IMG/VR virus record: IMGVR_UViG_3300043411_002794
Coordinates: 128,195 to 192,194 of that record
From: a virus
Direction: 5' to 3' (one strand)
DNA: 64,000 bases
The notes under the pieces: model-generated
The model's database searches: none
Told to the model about the DNA's origin: nothing
Seen by the model: only the letters and a program-made list of their open reading frames with translations
Translations under genes and position numbers: made by a program
Shown: positions 1-7,864 of the stretch, piece after piece
Layout of the letters: the number at the start of each line of letters is the position of its first letter
Position numbering within the stretch: the first letter of the stretch is position 1

Positions 1-99
1 GTCCTTGTCTTCGCCCAGCTGAATACGCATCGCAGCCACCGACTTCCCGGTGACGCGGGCGGCCTGTCCTACGGCGGTAGAGATAATTGCGGTGGGCAT
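1..99 (-). CDS. 5' part of a gene running off the window edge (probable baseplate/tail protein)
   Basis: ATG at 99, one base after the tape measure stop; open frame MPTAIISTAVGQAARVTGKSVAAMRIQLGEDKD to the edge. Confidence 0.6.
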   Translation of the reverse strand, partial: MPTAIISTAVGQAARVTGKSVAAMRIQLGEDKD

Positions 100-100
100 A

Positions 101-2938
101 TTAGGTGTTGGCGATAGGGGCTTCGTTGGCTCCGACGGGCATACCCTTGAGCTTCATGATCATGCGGTGAAAGTCCTCGGTGATCGACACTTCGCCGGTT
201 ATCGTCATTTCCCGCTCTTCGGCTTCTGTGCTGAGGTTCTTTTCCAGCTTGTCGACTTCATTTAGCTCCCGCAGCGACAGCCCGGTCAGTGACCCGTCCC
301 GGCGTCCGGTCAAGAAATTGTCGAGCAACTTTTTCGCTTCACCCTCGGTGTCAACATCCTCGTCGACGAACCCGAGCTTGTCTTTGTGTCGCTTGGCGAT
401 TGCCAGCAGGTCGGTCATGTCGCCGATATTCCGGCCGCCAATCTTGAGCGACTTCCCGGTGCCGAGATCTATGGCTAACCCGGTCGTCCGCATCCGTTCG
501 GTCAATGCGCGGGCCGTGCCGCGTTCGGCGGCCTCGATCGGTTTGCCGGGGTTGATTCCGGCGTCCTTGAATATCGATGTATCGAGCCCTTGCTGTTCTG
601 CTAACTGCAGTGCGGCAACTTTTTCCCATACCGCGCCGCCGCCCGGTCCGGCTGTCTGTCGCACGGCTTGTTCGGTTAAGCCGCTGACATTGAGTCCCAG
701 GCTTTTGGCGATACTTTCTAGTTCTTTTGTCGCTACTTCGCTGCCGACGCGAAGCGCCTCAATCTGGCGTGCACCTGCTACGCCGCCTTCCTTCAGGGCA
801 GCGCGGAAGGATTTGATGCGGGGGTCTGCTTCACTAATTTTGTCGATCGACACGTTGCCGATGGCTTCGTTAAGCGCGTCGCCTAGCGTGCCTTTGCTTT
901 GTAACGCATCAGACAACCGCGCACCGAAGCCGGCACTACCAAGCCCGGCCAACGACGTATCCATCGCCGCCTCGGCTTCTGCCACCGACATAGCCCGGTC
1001 GTATGCTTCCAGCATGGCCGGATTGTTGGCCTGCAGGTAGCCCTGCAGGCCAATCCCGCCGTAGCGTTGATCCATAAGAAACTGATCAGAGCTACCCAGC
1101 CCGTTTGCCGTCATCTGTGCGGCGAGCTGTTGAAGTTTTTCAGGCGGCAAATTGATGCCGCGATCTCGCAGCGTGGTGGTAAGCTTTGCTTCGGCGGCGG
1201 CCTGGATGGTACTGCGTCGCTTCGCGGGATCCAGCATGTCGTTCGTGTTCATGCCGTTCATCGCCGCTACGGCGGCCGCTCCGACGGCCGCTGACACATC
1301 CCGGCGAGACGCGGCATCGCCGACACCGGCACCGTTCAAGGCGATGTTCGCGGAGCTGGCAAAGATGTTGCGGAGCTGCGGATCGATATCGACCTCGCGC
1401 TGCAACTTGCGGCCCAGATCCATGGTGCGGTACTGCAGACCCTGCTCTTGGTTGGCGTGCGTCGAACGGAAGGCTTCCCGCAGTACGCCCGGCGCCACGT
1501 CGTCGCCCAGCAGGTTCGTGAGATCGTCTTCGTTCATCGCCACCGAGTGCGTCTTTCCGCCGAACTCGAAGGAGGTTTTGCCCGCCTTGATTGCGTCCGC
1601 CATGGCCTGGGCGGCTCCTCCCTTAATGACGCCCTGGTCCGTAAGACGTAAGATCGCGTTCATACGGTTGACGGCCGGGCTCGCCGCAGAGGCCAGCCGG
1701 AGCCGCTGATCGAACAGAGTCAGCTTATCGGCGTCCAGGTTGCCGTAGGCCTTCGTATTGAGCAGTCCGGTGGCGTCGACCGCCTGACGGCTCGCCAGGG
1801 CTCCCTGCGTCGCCTGGACGGCGTACATCCGATCTAGGCCGAACTGGTCTGCCAGGGCCGCCCCGCCCGCGGAAAGGCCCATTACGCCCTCCAGGCTGAC
1901 ACCGGCGCCGCGAGCCAGGGCCTGGGTGCGGCGGACCATGTGCTCGATCTGGGCCCCGGTATTGGACGCCATGCTGTTTTGGGTCAGTGCCTCCAGCCCG
2001 GCGAACAGTTCCTGCATAGGGGCGTCAGGATGCCCGGCGTCGCCGAAGATCTCCCGCATCGCCGATACGGCCCCGGTCATCGACTTGATGGACCGGGAAA
2101 TCTTCTCGGCATTGAAGCTGCTGACCATGTCGCCGGTCAGCTTCTGGTCGAACTTGGAGGCATCGAAACCCTGACCCTGCGTGCGTGCCGCGTCTCGGAT
2201 CTGCTGGACCTCTGAGACTGGTTTCGCGTTGTCATTGGCGATTCGTCGTACTGTGGCGTCGTCGAGTCCGGCCAGGGCAGCTTGGCGGCTTTCCAGCGGG
2301 CCGCCGGCCAGCCCGCGTTGCCGCATTTGCTCGAGTACGAGGCCAGCCTGCCCGGCGCCGAGACCTTTCATTTCCGCCAAGTTCGCCGACGGCCCGACCA
2401 GTCGTTCGAACAACTCGCGGCGAAGCGCATTCTGGGAGGTGAGCGACATACCGATACGACCGGTCGTCGGATCCGCCATGTTCGTTCCGGCGCGACTGAT
2501 CGACTGCGCCAGAACAACCGCTGAACCGCGGCGGCCGTGGGCGGCATCAAATGCCTCCGGGGCAACCTGAGCCAGGAACGGAGACCAGCCAGCGATGTCT
2601 CCGGAGATCTCGCGGGCAGCATCTTGTTGCTTCCGGCCGACGACTGTGCCGGACTTTTCCGACAGCCCCAAGAACAGCCGTTCATAGGTACGGCGGTCCT
2701 GTTGGGCCGCCATATTCATCATTTCTTTCTGCTGCTCGTAGAACTGGCGAGCCCGAAACTGGTCCGCCATTCCCTGCATCGGCATGAACTGAGCGGGCAT
2801 GTACCGCCCGCCCGCCATCTGCTGCTGCAGCAGCGGCATGATCGCTTGCATGAGCATGCCGCTGCTGCCGCCCGCGCCGTACGGGTTGTACGTCGGGTTG
2901 TACCCGCTGGAGAGAGGCGCGCTGTCGAACATACCCAT
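101..2938 (-). CDS. Tape measure protein (probable)
   Basis: 945 aa, Ala/Gly/Gln-rich and helical-looking; directly downstream of a chaperone pair with a slippery site, within a sheath/tube module. Confidence 0.7.
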   Translation of the reverse strand: MGMFDSAPLSSGYNPTYNPYGAGGSSGMLMQAIMPLLQQQMAGGRYMPAQFMPMQGMADQFRARQFYEQQKEMMNMAAQQDRRTYERLFLGLSEKSGTVVGRKQQDAAREISGDIAGWSPFLAQVAPEAFDAAHGRRGSAVVLAQSISRAGTNMADPTTGRIGMSLTSQNALRRELFERLVGPSANLAEMKGLGAGQAGLVLEQMRQRGLAGGPLESRQAALAGLDDATVRRIANDNAKPVSEVQQIRDAARTQGQGFDASKFDQKLTGDMVSSFNAEKISRSIKSMTGAVSAMREIFGDAGHPDAPMQELFAGLEALTQNSMASNTGAQIEHMVRRTQALARGAGVSLEGVMGLSAGGAALADQFGLDRMYAVQATQGALASRQAVDATGLLNTKAYGNLDADKLTLFDQRLRLASAASPAVNRMNAILRLTDQGVIKGGAAQAMADAIKAGKTSFEFGGKTHSVAMNEDDLTNLLGDDVAPGVLREAFRSTHANQEQGLQYRTMDLGRKLQREVDIDPQLRNIFASSANIALNGAGVGDAASRRDVSAAVGAAAVAAMNGMNTNDMLDPAKRRSTIQAAAEAKLTTTLRDRGINLPPEKLQQLAAQMTANGLGSSDQFLMDQRYGGIGLQGYLQANNPAMLEAYDRAMSVAEAEAAMDTSLAGLGSAGFGARLSDALQSKGTLGDALNEAIGNVSIDKISEADPRIKSFRAALKEGGVAGARQIEALRVGSEVATKELESIAKSLGLNVSGLTEQAVRQTAGPGGGAVWEKVAALQLAEQQGLDTSIFKDAGINPGKPIEAAERGTARALTERMRTTGLAIDLGTGKSLKIGGRNIGDMTDLLAIAKRHKDKLGFVDEDVDTEGEAKKLLDNFLTGRRDGSLTGLSLRELNEVDKLEKNLSTEAEEREMTITGEVSITEDFHRMIMKLKGMPVGANEAPIANT

Positions 2939-2940
2939 CG

Positions 2941-3381
2941 TTACGCTTCCTGCGTGTCAGCTGACTGGGCGTACATCGCGGCAATTTGGGCGTCGATCGC
3001 TTCTTCGCTGAGCCCTTCCTCGCCGTAAATTTCCTTCCACTTCGCTGCCATCTGGTCTGCCGTCGTCTTGGCCATGTCGTCCCGGGTTTCGACCGACAGC
3101 CACGGGAAATACTTACCGTAGATGTCCTGCAGGCGTGCATAGCACTTGTCGAAAATCAGTTCATAGCCGCCGTCCTTCGTCAGCTCGGGGTTACCGAGTC
3201 CGACGCGGGCCAGCGAGAGTTCGGCCTCCAGATACCTTAAATTCCGATTCCGTAACAGTTCAGACAAAATCCAGCCGGTACGTTTCCACCACCACGCGTC
3301 AAAGGGATCGGCCTGCGAGAAGTCGACCGCCCGGGTGGCAGCCGCTTCCACCAGCAGGGAAGTTATCCGATCCCTTTCCAA
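2941..3381 (-). CDS. Tail assembly chaperone, GT-like second ORF (probably reached by -1 frameshift)
   Basis: In the -1 frame of the upstream ORF, overlapping its end; only a TTG start with weak RBS; precedes the TMP. Confidence 0.65.
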   Translation of the reverse strand: MERDRITSLLVEAAATRAVDFSQADPFDAWWWKRTGWILSELLRNRNLRYLEAELSLARVGLGNPELTKDGGYELIFDKCYARLQDIYGKYFPWLSVETRDDMAKTTADQMAAKWKEIYGEEGLSEEAIDAQIAAMYAQSADTQEA

Positions 3382-4508
3382 AAATTTGGGTCCGCCGTGC
3401 GAGCCTCCAACATTTCTTGCAGCCGTTGGAATCGTTCGTGCTCGCGGCCGAGCAGCCGCAGTAGATCCTCGTGCTCAATACCTTCTTCGCCCAGGAACCA
3501 GTCGTGCAGCTGCACCAGCTCCGTTTGCTTGGTACCCGGGGCCGGCTTCTCGTAGCCGATCTTCTTCAGTTCCGGGATCTTGATCATTTCCGAGTTGTCG
3601 GCGCGCACGATTGATTCCGTGCCCAACATCAGGCGGTAGATCGACATGCGGGCCAGATATTCCACGTCGGTCGTAACAACGCGATTCTCAACGTCGTAAC
3701 GGAGTTGCGTGAAGACGAGCTGTCCTTCGTACGAACTGAGCGTACGGAACGTGACGGCAAGTCGGCCGTCGAACAACGGGACGCGTTTGTAGAAGCGCTT
3801 TCCGCTGAGCACGGCGACGCAAAAGCCGCGGATATCTTCTTCGGTGGCCTCGATGTTGAACGGCACGCGTCGATCCCAGCCGCAGCGATCGCATTCGTGC
3901 TTCTCCGACGCAGCCCCGACTTCTGATGCTGCGGGCGTTTCTACAGGGGCAGGCGGCGGCTCCGGGGCAGCTTCTTCAAAGGTCAGCGGGGCCGTTTGCG
4001 AAACTGCCGGTTGCGGGGCGGCAGGGGCCCGCGGCGGGGCCGTGTCGACGAGAAACTCCGTCTTGGATACGCCTGCCGCCTTTTCTGCGGCCGCCAAGCC
4101 CTGGGTCACGCCCGGGCGCATAGAAGCGTTCTGCGTTTGTTGCTGCTGCCAGTTCTTGGCTTGCTGCATGAAGTTCGTCAGCTCGGCGATCGCGGCCGGC
4201 GGTAACGAACGGATGTCGACGGGATCCGTGATCTTGAGGCGGTTTGTCGCACCGACGGCGGCAACTTCGGCATCCGCCGCCGCTTTCTGTGCCGCGAACT
4301 TCTTGCTGACAATTTCAACGGCATCCGGCAGTCCTTCGGGAACGTCGTCACCCGGCTGCCAGCCGATCGCCTGCAGCTGCTGACTTGTTTCTTCGGAGAT
4401 GTAGACCTGCGCCGGCTTCAACGGCAACTGGCCGAGATTGGTCTGCGGCAGCAGCGGCTTGGGTTGCGCAGCGGGGGCAACAGGACGGCGGGGAGTTGGA
4501 GACGACAT
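3363..4508 (-). CDS. Tail assembly chaperone (G-like) with long low-complexity N-terminus and CxxC
   Basis: 381 aa; C-terminal VTFRTLSSYE-type segment; position before the TMP; slippery site at the 3' end. Confidence 0.6.
   Translation of the reverse strand: MSSPTPRRPVAPAAQPKPLLPQTNLGQLPLKPAQVYISEETSQQLQAIGWQPGDDVPEGLPDAVEIVSKKFAAQKAAADAEVAAVGATNRLKITDPVDIRSLPPAAIAELTNFMQQAKNWQQQQTQNASMRPGVTQGLAAAEKAAGVSKTEFLVDTAPPRAPAAPQPAVSQTAPLTFEEAAPEPPPAPVETPAASEVGAASEKHECDRCGWDRRVPFNIEATEEDIRGFCVAVLSGKRFYKRVPLFDGRLAVTFRTLSSYEGQLVFTQLRYDVENRVVTTDVEYLARMSIYRLMLGTESIVRADNSEMIKIPELKKIGYEKPAPGTKQTELVQLHDWFLGEEGIEHEDLLRLLGREHERFQRLQEMLEARTADPNFWKGIG
3381..3387 (-). promoter_or_regulatory. -1 ribosomal frameshift slippery heptamer A AAT TTT
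   Basis: X XXY YYZ heptamer in the correct 0-frame phase (CCA AAT TTT TGG); the -1 frame continues LERDRITS into ORF 2941..3381. Confidence 0.65.
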
Positions 4509-4520
4509 ACTGCTTCCTTT

Positions 4521-7202
4521 TTACTCGTCCGCAATGATGGCATAACCGTCGCGGAGCAGGACGACATTCGGCTCGGCGAAGGCTGGTTCCTCGTAAGCAC
4601 CGCCACGCGGTGATGCAAATCCGGAAACCACAGAGAACAAGGTAACGGGCTGCTCGCAGTAAGCGGCCACAGAATCATAATACTGGGTGCCCGGGTAAGG
4701 ATACCGTGTACCGCCGTTGACTGTTTTGACGGGCTTCTCGACCCAAACGCCCAGCTTCTGCCCGGACTCGCGAGCCAGTTGCTGCCAGCGATCTTCGAAC
4801 AGCCGCCAATCGCCAGTGCGGTATTCGCCTTCATTGCGAAAGCTAAACTGGGCGGCTTTGAGAATTGGATCGCTGCCAATCTGCCCTTCGCTGTAGAACA
4901 GGTCCTTCGGCGTTTCGTCGAAGTTGTCTTTGGCCTTACGGAGCAGCGTCGCGCCGACAGCGGTTTTCGCGGCGTCGATCTGCTGCCGTACTTCTTCAAG
5001 CGCCTGATCTTTGAGCGGCGATACGAAGAATTTGGAACTCTCTGCCCGCTGCGTAGCAATGTGCCCGTTAGCAACCAGTACGTGTGAGCCGGCTAGAATA
5101 GCTCCACCCGTGGTCAACGCCCCGTCGATGGACACCGGCATGCCGAATCGTGCAACACCTTCGTTGAAGGTGATTCCCTTTCGGAAGTTTCCTTCCGTAC
5201 CGAAGATGACGTCGGACGTCTGGCCGATGTACTGCCGCATATTCGCTGCGTAGCACACGATCGACTGCTTGCCGCGGTCGGCGTCAAGCACGATGCTGCC
5301 CGGTGTGATAGCGCCATTGTTGGATCCGGTTCGCAGATAGATGTTGTTGGCGGTCGTGATTACGTCGGACTTCGGCGCGCGGAAGATGATGCCGCTAGCC
5401 TCGGTCTCCTGACCCGGCGAGGTGAAGTCGAACTCTACGCGCTGCGACCGGCATTCAATCAGCACGCTGCCCGACGGTGCCGTAGCCTCGGCGTCTTCAC
5501 TGTCCGGGCCGACGCCGCCCAGCATGTGCAAATGTCGCTGAGCTTTGATGCGGCCGTCGTGATTCGTGGCCGTGATGTCGAACGAGTTCTGGGCCCGCGT
5601 AATCGAGTCCCAGCCTGCCCAGGTGTTGACGTTGCGGCCGCTCTTGAGCCAGATATCGCCGGGGGCTGTGATGAAGACAGAGCCGCCCGCCAACCGGATC
5701 TCAGCCCCTTCGCCGTCGCCCATGACCGCGGCGCCGGACGGCAGCAAGCCGCTGTAGGCCATATTCGCATAATACGTTTGCCCGCGGTAACGATCGTCGA
5801 CCGTCAGCGACCCGCCGACGACCGGTGAAAGGTACATCGAACCGCGGAGCGTACCGAACTGCGGCACTGCAATGCGGCAGGCCGGGATGTCGCTCTCCTG
5901 TGGCAGCTCCCAGTCGCGGGAGTGGTAGTGGAACGGATGCTCGGCCTGCCAGTTGAACAAGTGGGCGTGCAGATCAAGGATCCCGGCGGCCGTCTGCAAC
6001 GAGACCTCGTCGGAGGAGGTTGCGATGTCGCCGGTGACTTTGTGCTCGGGGCCGTCACCCAGCATCCCGCCTGCTTTGTAATTGGTCGGTGCGTCGCCGG
6101 TCGGATCCGCCGGGTTGCGTTTGTTGACCGGCATCGGCCGCGGCGGCGACTTAACCAGCAGAATCCCCTTGGAAGCCCGGATGCCCCGCCAGCCGTCCAA
6201 CGTGACGACGTCCTGGTGCACGCTCATCAGCTTCGGCGGGCTGCCGCGACGCATCACCTCCGGCGGCGAGGCCGGCGGGATCGCCTGATACTCGAGTCGG
6301 CCTTGTCCCAGGTAGCCGCCGAAGACCTGCCGTCGGTGGAACGGGGCTTGGTCGTCGAACTTCGGCTCCCAGTTGGCATAATGCGGCTTGTTGACCTGGA
6401 ACTCCAGCACCGACAGTTCGCGACGCGGATCGCCGCGACTGAACAGACCTAGATTCTCCCAAGGATACGGCGAGCTGCCGTACACGTCGTAGATCTCGTC
6501 CTGGTCGTTGTAGACGTTGTGCTCGCCCGCAGACGTGCGACATTCGTAGTTGTAACCCGCCACACGAAGCATCTGGTCGTGATGGAACGCGAAGACGCCG
6601 CACATCTCGCTGGCGGCGAGCTGCAGCAGGTAATCGTCGATCGAGATCTTACCGCCCTTGGCGTTGAGCCAGCCGGCGTCGCCGCCGAGTCCGTCGAACG
6701 GCCGCCAGGCAATCTTGTTGACGGCCCCGCCCGCCTCAAACATTAGCAACGGCGTACGGTGCGAACTGTCGACGCGGGCACGGGTCGTCTGCGAGAGCTG
6801 GTCGAGGAGCTGCAGCCGAGAATCAAATGCCCACGCGGGATCGACGCCCAGGATATACCCGTAGCGGCCCCGCTCGGTCATCATGACCCAGACGCCGGTG
6901 CCGACCTGCAGGAGATTGATCTGCTTGGGGCCAATGGGGCCGGTCGAAGTGTCGGTCAGCTGAAAGGCCGCGACCGTCGGCATGCCCTGGCTGAGCTGGA
7001 CCTTGTAGCAATGAGCGATCGCCGTGTAATCGACGATCGTGCCCCGGACGATGTGGGCGGGGCGGCCGAAGCTGTGTTTGAACGAAGCACCCTGCAGGAG
7101 TGCGTCACGATGCGGGCGGGTCTGGCCTTCCGCGTTCGGCCACGCCAGTTCCGCGAGGAACTGTGAAACCTGCCGCGCCGCCGGCTCGGGGATATGTGAC
7201 AT
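4521..7202 (-). CDS. Baseplate central spike/hub, gp5/VgrG-like
   Basis: 893 aa; N-terminal OB-fold-like strands (VRGTIVD...VGTGVWV); later short beta-repeat segments (GSVFITAPGDIWLKSGRNVNTWAG). Confidence 0.5.
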   Translation of the reverse strand: MSHIPEPAARQVSQFLAELAWPNAEGQTRPHRDALLQGASFKHSFGRPAHIVRGTIVDYTAIAHCYKVQLSQGMPTVAAFQLTDTSTGPIGPKQINLLQVGTGVWVMMTERGRYGYILGVDPAWAFDSRLQLLDQLSQTTRARVDSSHRTPLLMFEAGGAVNKIAWRPFDGLGGDAGWLNAKGGKISIDDYLLQLAASEMCGVFAFHHDQMLRVAGYNYECRTSAGEHNVYNDQDEIYDVYGSSPYPWENLGLFSRGDPRRELSVLEFQVNKPHYANWEPKFDDQAPFHRRQVFGGYLGQGRLEYQAIPPASPPEVMRRGSPPKLMSVHQDVVTLDGWRGIRASKGILLVKSPPRPMPVNKRNPADPTGDAPTNYKAGGMLGDGPEHKVTGDIATSSDEVSLQTAAGILDLHAHLFNWQAEHPFHYHSRDWELPQESDIPACRIAVPQFGTLRGSMYLSPVVGGSLTVDDRYRGQTYYANMAYSGLLPSGAAVMGDGEGAEIRLAGGSVFITAPGDIWLKSGRNVNTWAGWDSITRAQNSFDITATNHDGRIKAQRHLHMLGGVGPDSEDAEATAPSGSVLIECRSQRVEFDFTSPGQETEASGIIFRAPKSDVITTANNIYLRTGSNNGAITPGSIVLDADRGKQSIVCYAANMRQYIGQTSDVIFGTEGNFRKGITFNEGVARFGMPVSIDGALTTGGAILAGSHVLVANGHIATQRAESSKFFVSPLKDQALEEVRQQIDAAKTAVGATLLRKAKDNFDETPKDLFYSEGQIGSDPILKAAQFSFRNEGEYRTGDWRLFEDRWQQLARESGQKLGVWVEKPVKTVNGGTRYPYPGTQYYDSVAAYCEQPVTLFSVVSGFASPRGGAYEEPAFAEPNVVLLRDGYAIIADE

Positions 7203-7271
7203 CCTTGTACCTCATGGGTCGTCGAGGACCCCAGGCGGGCGTGACCCCGCCTAAAACTACGATGCCTGTGC

Positions 7272-7808
7272 TTAGGCGTCGTACTGCAGGTCGGTAAACA
7301 TGACCCCGAGCGTTTCGCTCATGACCACGTCGTTCGAGTTCACGCTGCCGCCAATGGTGGTCAGCACGCAATTCTTGAGGATGTAGTTTACGCTGCCCGA
7401 GGTATTTGAGGGAGCGTTCTCGCATTTCGCCTGAGCACCGCCAAAAGTGCAGTCGCCAGGCGTACAGACGTTGCCGTACTTCTTGAAGAACGACACGAGC
7501 AGCTTACCGGGACCGACGATACGTTGAATGTTCGCCGTACCCTGGGCATGCCCGGCTACGTAATAGACGTTCGTCGAGCTACCGACCGCCGCTACGCCGC
7601 CGGTGTTACCCGGACCGTTGGCGCCCAGTTCGTACAGCAGTTGCACGCTTTGCTGAAAGTTGAACTGCATGTTCTGAATGAGCATGCCCGACGTGATGTT
7701 CGCGTTCGCCTCGTCACCGGCGAGCGTACCGAATGTCAGCGTCAGCATGTCCGCGCGGAACGAGCCAGCCCACGTTTGGGCCGGCGTGAAAATGGAATTA
7801 ACGGCCAT
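7272..7808 (-). CDS. Tail tube protein
   Basis: 178 aa beta-rich protein immediately after the sheath; QxVQLLYELG and GxxxIQRIVG segments. Confidence 0.7.
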   Translation of the reverse strand: MAVNSIFTPAQTWAGSFRADMLTLTFGTLAGDEANANITSGMLIQNMQFNFQQSVQLLYELGANGPGNTGGVAAVGSSTNVYYVAGHAQGTANIQRIVGPGKLLVSFFKKYGNVCTPGDCTFGGAQAKCENAPSNTSGSVNYILKNCVLTTIGGSVNSNDVVMSETLGVMFTDLQYDA

Positions 7809-7864
7809 GAACAGACCTCCGTGTCTGAAACGAGCGGTAAGTTGGAATCAGCGGCGTCCCGGGT

